Shown piece after piece: positions 17,465 to 25,471 of a stretch of 32,000 nucleotides of DNA; position 1 is the stretch's first letter; each line of letters starts with the position of its first letter. Origin of the DNA: Thermodesulfobacteriota bacterium (lineage in GTDB: Bacteria; Desulfobacterota; WTBG01; JAGOGO01); assembly GCA_026625185.1 (NCBI GenBank), contig CP113000.1:1155622-1187621 (forward strand), in the 5' to 3' direction. The notes below the pieces were generated by a model that had not been told where the DNA came from, made no database searches, and saw only the letters and a list, made by a program, of their open reading frames with translations. The translations under genes were made by a program, and so were the position numbers.

Positions 17465-18474
17465 ATGACCGAAGAGTGCGGAACCAGCAACAATCAAAAG
17501 AAGTGGCTTAAAGCCATTCCCATAGATATTCAGAGCTTGTATGAAAAAGTGGATGAGCCTCTGCCGCACTCAGCCAGGCGCTGGTGGTGGTGCTGGGGCG
17601 GAATAGTCGGGTTGCTTTTTTTGCTGGTTGCCGGGACCGGTCTCTTATTGGCGATGTATTGCCGAGCTGAACCTGAAACTGCTTATAATTCGGTAAAGTA
17701 TATAGCTGAGCAAGCCCGCTATGGGAGGTTTATCAGTTCGGTCCACCAGTGGGGCGCTAACTTTATGATTGTTTTTTTATTCCTCCACCTCCTCCGGGTG
17801 TTTGTTACGGGAGTCTTTCGGGAATATTGCTGGGGCGCCTGTATGGTAGGGGTTTGTCTTTTGGGGATTGTTCTGGGAATGGGGGTTACCGGCCATTCTC
17901 TGGTTTACGAGCAGATTAGCTACTGGGCCATCACGGTTACCTCGAATATTATGGCGAGTGTTCCGTTTATGGGATCCATGCTCAAGCACCTGTTTATTGC
18001 CGGAGAGGAGATTAATCAATCTACCTTAAGTCGTCTTTATGCTCTCCACGTTCAGATCCTTCCTGCTTTACTTATCCTTTGCAGTGTCGCGCATCTTTTT
18101 TTGTGCGTCTCATCGGAATGTATCTGGCCGGGAACCAACAGGACCGGGATGAAGAAGAAACGTTAACGACCCAGAAAGGCCACTACCACTTTTACCCCGA
18201 GCATTTCAGCAGTGAGTTAACAGTATTCCTTTATTTAACATTAATCATTTGTCTTTTGGCTATGGCCTTTCCTGCCAATATGGGACCTCCCAGCGATCCT
18301 CTGGTTACTCCCGAACATATCAAGCCCGAATGGTACTTCCTGCCTTTTTATCATTTGCTGAAGATAGTGGCGGGTTCAGTAGGGGTGGTTATTTTGGGAA
18401 TTTTCGGAACCATCTTTTTTTTGTGGCCCATTTTTGAACACTTTTTTCCAAAAAATCGATCAAAAAATTTTTAA
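17465..18474 (+). pseudogene. Cytochrome b (fused b6-like + subunit-IV-like), frameshifted as assembled
   Basis: ORF 17465-18166 carries the helix A-D heme-ligand region (FLFLHLLRVF, YALHVQILP...VAHLF). ORF 18079-18474 carries PEWYFLPFYHLLK. The two ORFs join if the T7 run at 18096-18102 is T8, giving HLFFVRLIG. Confidence 0.8.
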
Positions 18475-18688
18475 GGGACCCTTAGAAACAAGTTTGATAA
18501 TCGGAGTTCTTATTATCGGAGTTTATCTGGCCTGGGCTTCTCTTGAGACCAAACTGTAAAGCGGGCTTTTAACCACGGCCACCATCTTTTAACCGTTATT
18601 TTTTGCTCTCCACAAATCATTTTGGAAGGCTCGCGGTTTTTGTTCCCACATGCTTGACTGGAGATAGGTCGTAAGGCTAACGTCATTA

Positions 18689-18979
18689 TTGCAGATCTTG
18701 GATATGCTCCCGGTGCCTGTTGATTGTGGCCGGTGCGTACGCATTTGCTCGGAAATTTGGCAAGCTAAAGCAATTGGCTTTGTTGGCCGTGGCAAAAACC
18801 GGCGAGTTGATTTTCCTTTTGGCATACATCCCGAATCTCGTAAAAGCTGTAACTCCTTCATTATGCTTTGCCCCATTACAATAACACCCTGTGAAGGTCC
18901 GATGGAGCCCGTTGGGGATTCGCTTTGCAGGAAGTGCGAATCCCAATTCATGATTACCGAGAAGGACCCGCGTGCCTGA
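18689..18979 (+). pseudogene. Degenerate Fe-S cluster-binding fragment (NuoG / formate dehydrogenase / hydrogenase N-terminal type)
   Basis: VDCGRCVRICSEIWQAKAIGFVGRGKNRRV resembles the CIxCxRCVRxCxE...RG block, but the first Cys is replaced. The downstream CxxCxxCxxxCP-like segment is corrupted (SCNSFIMLCPI). No convincing start or SD. Confidence 0.35.
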
Positions 18980-19036
18980 ATGTTTTGCGATCTGGGGGAA
19001 GGTTTTTTATAGCCTCCCAACGCCTATCTAATTTTT

Positions 19037-19064
19037 TTGACAACAAAGAAACCGACCGTACAAT
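19037..19064 (+). promoter_or_regulatory. Sigma70-like promoter candidate P1 upstream of mscL
   Basis: TTGACA (19037-19042) - 16 nt - TACAAT (19059-19064). Confidence 0.45.
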
Positions 19065-19108
19065 TTTCTCGTTTCCAAAATAACGATTTATTATCAATAC
19101 GTTTTTTG

Positions 19109-19137
19109 TTGACAAACTACCGGCAATGGACTATGAA
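19109..19137 (+). promoter_or_regulatory. Sigma70-like promoter candidate P2 upstream of mscL
   Basis: TTGACA (19109-19114) - 17 nt - TATGAA (19132-19137), 64 nt upstream of the ATG. AGGAGG is the SD at about 19190. Confidence 0.45.
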
Positions 19138-19200
19138 TTTTTTAGCACCACCTTTTTGGGTTTCAGAAAATAACCTTTTAAAAAAAGGAAGGAGGCAAAG

Positions 19201-19644
19201 ATGTTTAAGGAATTTAAAGAATTTATTATGCGGGGAAACGTCATGGAAATCGCCATCGGTTTTATTATCGGCGGCGCGTTCGGTGCCATCGCAAAAAGCA
19301 TGGTCACAGACGTGTTAATGCCCCCGGTAGGCCTGCTTTTGGGCGGAGTCGACTTTAGTAATTTTTTTATTGTCCTTAAACAGGGGAAAGTTCCGGCTCC
19401 CTATAATGCGCTGGCTGACGCCCAGGCAGCAGGGGCGGTAACAATTAGCTACGGAGTATTTCTCAATACGGTGATAAGCTTTCTGATTATTTCTCTGGCC
19501 GTGTTTATTCTTGTTAAAGCAATGAATAAATTAAAACGGGAGGAGGCTCCCGCGGAACCAACCACCAAGGAGTGCCCCCATTGTTTTAGCACCATCTCGA
19601 CTAAAGCCACGAAGTGTCCTCAGTGCACGTCGGTGCTTACCTAA
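19201..19644 (+). CDS. mscL: Large-conductance mechanosensitive channel with a C-terminal CxxC...CxxC zinc-ribbon tail
   Basis: MFKEFKEFIMRGNVMEIAIGFIIGGAFGAIAKSMVTDVLMPPVG is the canonical MscL TM1. The tail is ECPHCFSTISTKATKCPQCTSVL. Confidence 0.93.
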   Translation: MFKEFKEFIMRGNVMEIAIGFIIGGAFGAIAKSMVTDVLMPPVGLLLGGVDFSNFFIVLKQGKVPAPYNALADAQAAGAVTISYGVFLNTVISFLIISLAVFILVKAMNKLKREEAPAEPTTKECPHCFSTISTKATKCPQCTSVLT

Positions 19645-19889
19645 GAAGAGGTAGAAATTTTCATTGATTTTTTCTACGCAGGACAAAAACATAAAGCCGA
19701 TACCGAAGAATAAAAGTATCTTTGAGTGTCCGTGGGGAAAAATGTATCCATGATTTTTGACAATAACAAAGGCCTAATTGCCGTATATAAGGGCGATGGG
19801 CCTTTTTGTTTGGGGCCTAATCACCATAGAGCCATGGAAGTTTTTGAAAATTTGCGCTTAATTAAGCTCTCCACGCTTCCGCGGGGCAG

Positions 19890-20354
19890 ATGAAATTAAT
19901 CAGTATGCAGGCATTTACCTTGAGGAATGGTATGGAATTTAAAAGATTTAACAATGTGTATGTCGTGCGCTTAGACAAGGACGAGGAACTCATTGAAACA
20001 CTGAAGGGCTTTTGCGCGACCAACCAGATTATCCTCGGCTGGGTCAGCGGAATAGGCGCGGTAAATCGGGTTGCGTTAGGCTTATTTGAGACAAAAACTA
20101 AGCGCTATGTTGCCGAAGAACTAACCGGAGACTTTGAGATAACATCTTTGTCGGGGAATATCACTACTATGAACGGAGAAGTCTACCTACACCTCCATGC
20201 CACGGTATCCGACCTTCAGCACAAGACCTACGGAGGGCATTTAACGTCAGCGGTCGCGAGCGCAACCGCAGAATTAATTGTTGTATCAGTCGAGGGTGTT
20301 GTGGATCGAAAATTCAGCCAGGAAATCGGCTTAAATCTTTTGGAGTTTTGTTGA
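19890..20354 (+). CDS. PPC (DUF296) domain protein
   Basis: VYVVRLDKDEELIETLKGFC...ILGWVSGIGAV...EITSLSGNIT...YLHLHATVSD...YGGHL matches the PPC fold pattern. The real start is probably the Met at 19932 (GAGGA 5 nt upstream). Confidence 0.8.
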   Translation: MKLISMQAFTLRNGMEFKRFNNVYVVRLDKDEELIETLKGFCATNQIILGWVSGIGAVNRVALGLFETKTKRYVAEELTGDFEITSLSGNITTMNGEVYLHLHATVSDLQHKTYGGHLTSAVASATAELIVVSVEGVVDRKFSQEIGLNLLEFC

Positions 20355-20375
20355 TAGTTTTATTCCGGAGGGCTG

Positions 20376-21485
20376 GTGTTTAGAACTATTCTTATTAGTA
20401 TCGTCAGTTTGGTGCACATGTATGTTTTTTGGCGCATTGCCTCAGTGCCGTTTGTGTATCGTTTTGTTTCAATAAAGGTTCTTGTTGGGGTGGGTGTAGT
20501 TCTTTGGGCAGGCTTTTTTTTCGCCCTCTTTTTTGGGCACGGCAGAACAGAATCTTTGCCTGCGACTTTGGAGTTGCTGGGGATGAACTGGCTGGGCATT
20601 TTGTTTCTGGCATTCGTCTCTTTTCTTGCGATTGAAATTATCACCGGATTCGGTTTGCTATTTCCCCGTATGGCGTTTTCATTGAGAGGGTTGGCGTTGG
20701 TTGCCAGCGGTGTACTTTCTGGGATTGCACTGCTCCAGGGTGCGAGGCCACCGGTGGTTCAAAGCTATGAGGTAAATCTTTCCGGTCTTCCTAATAAAAT
20801 GGATGGTACGGTAGTCGTCGTTATGTCCGACCTACACCTTGGCTCTTTGCTCGGCAAGCAATGGCTGGAGGCGCGAATCAAGCAGGTCCTAGCGCTGCAC
20901 CCCGACCTTGTAGTTCTGCTCGGCGATATTTTCGAAGGACATGGTGAACCCCAACGGGATCTGCTTCCGGTTCTGCGTGGCTTGTCGGCACCGCTCGGCC
21001 TCTGGGCTGTCCTAGGCAACCATGAGTTCTACGGCGGCTGGGGCAAGGAAATGTTCTTGGATAATGAGGATGGCATCCAATTGCTTCGTAATCGCTGGGT
21101 TGAGGTTGCGCCTGGTCTTATTTTGGCAGGCGTGGACGATCTTACTGTCGCCGGGCACAGGGTTGGCCAGGAGAGTAATTCTCTTTTGAAGACGCTCGGA
21201 GGGCGACCTCCGGGGGTTACCATTCTTCTTTCTCATACACCGTGGCAGGTTAAAACAGCGGCACGCTCAGGGGTGAATTTGATGCTTTGCGGGCATACCC
21301 ATGACGGTCAGATATGGCCCTTCGGCTATCTTGTTCACCGCTTTTATCCGCTTCTGGAGGGGCGGTACGAGGTGGATGGCATGACAGCCATTGTCTGCCG
21401 CGGCACAGGAACATGGGGACCTCGCATGCGGTTGTGGCTTCCCGGCGAGATTCTCCGCGTGACGCTGCGCAAAAAAGAAAACTGA
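20376..21485 (+). CDS. Membrane-anchored metallophosphoesterase (calcineurin-like)
   Basis: Four N-terminal TM helices, followed by SDLHLG, LLGDIFEG, GNHEF, LSHTP and GHTHDGQ. Confidence 0.85.
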   Translation: MFRTILISIVSLVHMYVFWRIASVPFVYRFVSIKVLVGVGVVLWAGFFFALFFGHGRTESLPATLELLGMNWLGILFLAFVSFLAIEIITGFGLLFPRMAFSLRGLALVASGVLSGIALLQGARPPVVQSYEVNLSGLPNKMDGTVVVVMSDLHLGSLLGKQWLEARIKQVLALHPDLVVLLGDIFEGHGEPQRDLLPVLRGLSAPLGLWAVLGNHEFYGGWGKEMFLDNEDGIQLLRNRWVEVAPGLILAGVDDLTVAGHRVGQESNSLLKTLGGRPPGVTILLSHTPWQVKTAARSGVNLMLCGHTHDGQIWPFGYLVHRFYPLLEGRYEVDGMTAIVCRGTGTWGPRMRLWLPGEILRVTLRKKEN

Positions 21486-21614
21486 ACAAGCGGGAGCTTA
21501 TAGGGAGAATTTTCAAATATAGCGTAATACAAATAGCTATTGAGATGGAGAACGAAATTGCTGCCGTTCATTAGGATAAATTGACATTGATAACTTTTAC
21601 ATTAAGAGGTAATA

Positions 21615-21902
21615 ATGCCTGCCTTCTTTTTAATCGAAATTACTAAAATAAGTGATGCTGAAAGTTATGGCATTTATGTTGAAAAAGTTGCCAACATTAT
21701 CAAGAAATATGGTGGTGAATATATATTCAAATCAGAACAGCTAACCCCTGTTTCGGGAGACTGGGATGCAAAAAGGATTATATTAATACGATTTGAAAAC
21801 AAAGGTATGCTCATGAAGTGTTTCAGATCAGAAGAATATAAAAAAATTGTTCATTTGAGAGAAGAGTCCACCGAATCAAAGGCAGTCATAATAGAAGATT
21901 AA
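21615..21902 (+). CDS. DUF1330 domain protein
   Basis: 95 aa. PAFFLIEITKISDAESYGIYVEKV...GGEYIF...RIILIRFEN...FRSEEYKKI. AAGAGG is the SD. Confidence 0.8.
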   Translation: MPAFFLIEITKISDAESYGIYVEKVANIIKKYGGEYIFKSEQLTPVSGDWDAKRIILIRFENKGMLMKCFRSEEYKKIVHLREESTESKAVIIED

Positions 21903-21952
21903 GTCACTAAGAAATTGCTTAGGCGTGGGAAACAGACAGGTCAGAATTTCGA

Positions 21953-22315
21953 TCAATCCTTTTTAGACCAAAACTCAATCAGCCTTCCCTCGGGATCCCT
22001 TAGTTCTACTACCTGTGCGCCCCAGTGGTGGCTCTTCCGTTCCACGGCTACTTTACATTTTTCTCGCAAGAGGCCATAAGCTTTTTCTATATTCGTCAGG
22101 CGAAAAGAAAGAACAATAGTTTCCGGTGCCGTAACATTTTTTTTGGTCCGGGAAACATTCATGAGACCAATACGAACATTGGGTGCCGGCTCAACCTCCG
22201 CCAAGATGTTGTTATCAAAGACAACGGGAAATCCAAGAATATCCCGGTAAAAAGAAATGCATTCTTCCCATTTCCGGCAGTAAAGGATGGTGTGGCAGCT
22301 CATAATGGGAAACAT
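21953..22315 (-). CDS. VOC / glyoxalase-bleomycin-resistance family protein
   Basis: 120 aa. HTILYCRKWEECISFYRDILGF...WGAQVVELRDPEGRLIEFW. Confidence 0.8.
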   Translation of the reverse strand: MFPIMSCHTILYCRKWEECISFYRDILGFPVVFDNNILAEVEPAPNVRIGLMNVSRTKKNVTAPETIVLSFRLTNIEKAYGLLREKCKVAVERKSHHWGAQVVELRDPEGRLIEFWSKKD

Positions 22316-22553
22316 AATTTTATCTCACGCATAATATGCGAATATCTTTTTCGATTGAAATCTCTTTTGTAAATTATTCCGCCAAACGCCGGGGATTCTC
22401 TGAAGCCTGAACCTTTAAGGGATTCCGGAATACTCCATCTTTAATATCTTCCCCTCGGGCACCCGAACTCCCGGAGGGCGGAGCGATAAAGTTTTCTTTC
22501 TTCTCTTTCAATAAGTAAATACCAATTTTCCATGTTGTGTTTTTCGCCTCTGC

Positions 22554-22913
22554 TTAACGATTATTTTTTCGCATTTCACAATATTCTTTTAGGGTAAAAG
22601 CATTATTGAACTTCTCGTCCTTGGCCCCATAAAGTAATGTTGCCGGCCCTGCGTTACTCTTCGCTACAATTAGTTCGACCACTCCCTTCTTGCTTTTTAA
22701 TTCTTCAAAGTAGCGGTGCTTGAAGGCATCCCATTTTTTGGGATCATGCGAAAACCATTTTCTTAATTCTTCACTGGGCGCAACATCTTTCAGCCACTCG
22801 TCAACCTGTGCTTTTTCTTTACTTAATCCTCGCGGCCAGAGCCGGTCTACCAGCATCCGGAAAACGTCTGCCTTTTCGGGTTTGGCATAGATTCGTTTTA
22901 CCTTAAGAGACAT
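22554..22913 (-). CDS. DUF488 (YeaO-like) protein
   Basis: KRIYAKPEKADVFRMLVDRLWPRGLSKEKAQVDEWLKDVAPSEELRKWF closely follows the YeaO pattern. Confidence 0.88.
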   Translation of the reverse strand: MSLKVKRIYAKPEKADVFRMLVDRLWPRGLSKEKAQVDEWLKDVAPSEELRKWFSHDPKKWDAFKHRYFEELKSKKGVVELIVAKSNAGPATLLYGAKDEKFNNAFTLKEYCEMRKNNR

Positions 22914-22983
22914 TTATCTCCTTCTTCAGCGTGCCTTTTTTAATTTGAATCCCGTAAGGGGTTCGCGTTTATCTTTCTCATTC

Positions 22984-23601
22984 TCAGGGTAGTAATTTTG
23001 AAAGCTTAAGTATTTCGTTCAAAAAACTGTTTGAATCATGAAACTCACCCGATTTAAAATAAAATTTTTCCATTGTTCCGTCAGGATAGTTCTTGGCGCC
23101 AATAAAGGTGGGGGTGGCCGTAACACCAAGCTTTTTACCGATCGTGCCATCTTGGTCGGGGAAGAGAGGAAATGGCACTTTATGCCTCGCCCGGAATAAA
23201 TCAACTTCATAAGTGCCATTGTTTAGGCCGATGCCAATTATTTTAATTTTTTCTTTCAGGTCGGGGCGGGCTTGGATTGCTTGGTAAAGTTGGTTAACCA
23301 ATGAGGCCTCATTCTGACAGTGAGGGCAATACGTATTGAAAACTTCAATAATAATCAACGGGCTTTTAATTTGCGTAATCATAAACTTTCCTGGACCTGA
23401 TATTCCCAGGTAATTTTTTTGCGTATCATTTTGAGGGATCGGAAGTTCAAAGACCGGGAAGGGTGTTTTTTTATCTGGCGCTGGAGAGATTTTTGCCGGA
23501 GAGTTTGCTAGTGCTTGAGCCTTGGAAGATACACAGCATAACAGAATTATTGCGAAAAGAAAAAAGAAGAGAGTGATTCCTTGAGATTCAGATAGCCTCA
23601 T
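22984..23601 (-). CDS. Secreted thioredoxin-fold (TlpA/ResA-like) thiol-disulfide oxidoreductase
   Basis: Signal peptide, CxxC active site in FNTYCPHCQNE, and a TATPTF cis-Pro-like block. Confidence 0.8.
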   Translation of the reverse strand: MRLSESQGITLFFFLFAIILLCCVSSKAQALANSPAKISPAPDKKTPFPVFELPIPQNDTQKNYLGISGPGKFMITQIKSPLIIIEVFNTYCPHCQNEASLVNQLYQAIQARPDLKEKIKIIGIGLNNGTYEVDLFRARHKVPFPLFPDQDGTIGKKLGVTATPTFIGAKNYPDGTMEKFYFKSGEFHDSNSFLNEILKLSKLLP

Positions 23602-23646
23602 TATTTCGCCTTTCTTGGCAAGATTATTTTTTATTTTAAAACTCTT

Positions 23647-24150
23647 TCACAACGCGTCTGAAGGTTTAACAAAAGACTGCTTTGGAGATTGAACGCTTCT
23701 GCGGATGAGTTTATCGAGGCTAAAAACCCTTCGATCGCAGAAAAAAACCTGAAGGGCAACAAGAAAGATGAGCAAATCCCGGAGGAATAAGCGGGTAGTG
23801 ATCTTTTGGTCAATCCACGGCGGAAAGCAACCGCAGCCCATATCAATTCCTCTTATCAAAGCAGATCCTATGGCAAACAGAAACATTATGATTAATAAGT
23901 TGATGATGAGGATACTTCCTCCGGTCAACAACCCCAAAAGGAGAAATATTCCACAAATGAATTCCAGCCAGGGAAGAATTAATGAAAAAGCATTAACCAT
24001 AAAAGGCGGCAAAAGTTTAAACTCCATCACCGCTTGAACAAAAGCAGCTGGATGAATGATTTTATAGAAGCTGGCGAAAATAAACATTAAGCCCAAGGCT
24101 ATCCTTCCCAATAATGCTGTATAAGGGTGAACGATGATTTTTTTAATCAA
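23647..24150 (-). CDS. MauE/DoxX-family redox-associated membrane protein
   Basis: Four TM helices and a GCGCF motif. Start taken at the TTG (24150-24148) that overlaps the rhodanese TGA (TTGA), with GGGAGGGGG immediately upstream. The ORF-track start at 24201 would overlap by 55 nt. Confidence 0.78.
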   Translation of the reverse strand: MIKKIIVHPYTALLGRIALGLMFIFASFYKIIHPAAFVQAVMEFKLLPPFMVNAFSLILPWLEFICGIFLLLGLLTGGSILIINLLIIMFLFAIGSALIRGIDMGCGCFPPWIDQKITTRLFLRDLLIFLVALQVFFCDRRVFSLDKLIRRSVQSPKQSFVKPSDAL

Positions 24151-24632
24151 CCCCCTCCCTCCTTTTCCTTCGGCATATTGTTTTTGGTCCACTCTTCCCA
24201 TCCTTCTTTAAAAACTTTTACATTTTTATATCCTTTTGCTTTGAGTAAAAAAGCCATGTATTTAGCATCAGAGCATTCGATCCTCTCACAATAAACAATG
24301 ACCTCCTGGCTAAAAGAAATTTGTTGCATAAATCCTGGTAGTTTTTCCGAAAATTCATGATAGGGAATATTTATTGACCACGGAATATGTCCCCTTTTAA
24401 ATTCTTGCGGAGAACGAACATCAATGAGGATAATATCCGGCTTATTGAAGTTTTCTTTCAGGTCCTGAAAAGAAATGGTACTTTCTTGATTATTTTTCGT
24501 TGGAAAAGAAACAGATTTGGCCCTGGTCTGAACAAGCGGAAGGCTATCAGAACGAAAGAAATTGACCACAAGAGCCAACGACACCGTAATAAAAAAAATT
24601 ATTGCCGCCTCTGATAAGTCTTCTTTAATCAT
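24147..24632 (-). CDS. Membrane-anchored single-domain rhodanese (sulfurtransferase)
   Basis: N-terminal TM helix. ILIDVRSPQEFKRGHIPWSINIP, active-site loop VYCERIECSD, and GYKNVKVFKEGWEEW. Confidence 0.85.
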   Translation of the reverse strand: MIKEDLSEAAIIFFITVSLALVVNFFRSDSLPLVQTRAKSVSFPTKNNQESTISFQDLKENFNKPDIILIDVRSPQEFKRGHIPWSINIPYHEFSEKLPGFMQQISFSQEVIVYCERIECSDAKYMAFLLKAKGYKNVKVFKEGWEEWTKNNMPKEKEGGG

Positions 24633-24730
24633 ATCAATCTTTGGGGATTTTTAATAATTTTTATAAAGGTATAATAATAATATCCCCAATTCAAGATAAT
24701 TTCGTAGGGTATCTTAGACAAGGTATGCGC

Positions 24731-25229
24731 CTATCTTTCTAATTGCCGGGGATAGTTCGTAAGAAAAATAGGCCTTTCAGAGCCAACTACTACGGTGTCT
24801 TCTTCCCGCACTTCCCAGCGATTGAGGTAAAGTCCGCAGTTACCGATAGCGATAACTATATTGGCAACAAGCGGAGGGGGAGCGTTCTCGCCATGAAAAA
24901 AGGCATGGCCTGGCGGCAGGGGTGACTCTTCAAACTCAATTCCCAAGCCATGAATGGGTGGCCCAAAGATATGCTCACCGTATCCCGCGGCCCTAAACAT
25001 CAAAGCCCACCACATGGTCAACCCGGGTAAGTGACCTAACATCGTCAAGGTCAGTCTTCGGAACGCCCAGACCTAATTTCCCTTTACGAGTGATCATTGC
25101 GTAAGCGCAAAGACGCCCATCCCCAATAAGATAAAACATATTAGCCGGCTTAGTGAGAAGAATGACGTCTAACCCATGCTTCCCCATCAATTCTACTGCC
25201 TTTTTTATCCTTTCTTCGTAAAATGACAT
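24731..25229 (-). pseudogene. Remnant of a second M24 (creatinase/prolidase-type) peptidase: N-terminal 78 aa + C-terminal roughly 90 aa in different frames
   Basis: MSFYEERIKKAVELMGKHGLDVILLTKPANMFYL is the Creatinase_N start. The second frame has AAGYGEHIFGPPIHGLGIEFEESP...VREEDTVVV. About 180 central residues are missing and the metal-ligand positions are substituted (HE->EE, EPG->GNC). Confidence 0.7.
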
Positions 25230-25276
25230 TAGACATTCCTCCCTTTTAGGTTTTTATCCCCTTTAGGTTAGAACCT

Positions 25277-25471
25277 TTATTCTTTCCACGCGATACAATC
25301 GCCCGGACACATGGCAATTGCTTCTTCGATGCACTTTTCATCTCCTCCCTCAGGAAGGATGACTGAAGCCTTTTCATTTAGTTCATCCATGGCAAAAACC
25401 TCGGGGCAAAGCTCAGCGCAACTGCAGCAACCGTTACAATAAACCTGATCAAGAACGACTGTTCGCGCCAT
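25277..25471 (-). CDS. Small ferredoxin (single [4Fe-4S]/[3Fe-4S] type)
   Basis: 64 aa. CNGCCSCAELCP ... CPGDCI. Its ATG overlaps the upstream stop (TAATG). Confidence 0.85.
   Translation of the reverse strand: MARTVVLDQVYCNGCCSCAELCPEVFAMDELNEKASVILPEGGDEKCIEEAIAMCPGDCIAWKE

Noticed and set aside
18589-19020. 143-aa minus-strand ORF (and nested 86-aa ORF)
   Set aside because: It has no recognisable motif. The opposite strand carries the CGRCVRIC Fe-S-like block, which is the more plausible, though degenerate, coding signal.
22377-22540. Minus-strand mini-ORFs (MENWYLLIEREERKLY..., KEKKENFIAPPSG...RRLAE) between the VOC and DUF488 genes
   Set aside because: They are under 50 codons, in two competing frames, and unrecognised. 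There is insufficient evidence for a gene.
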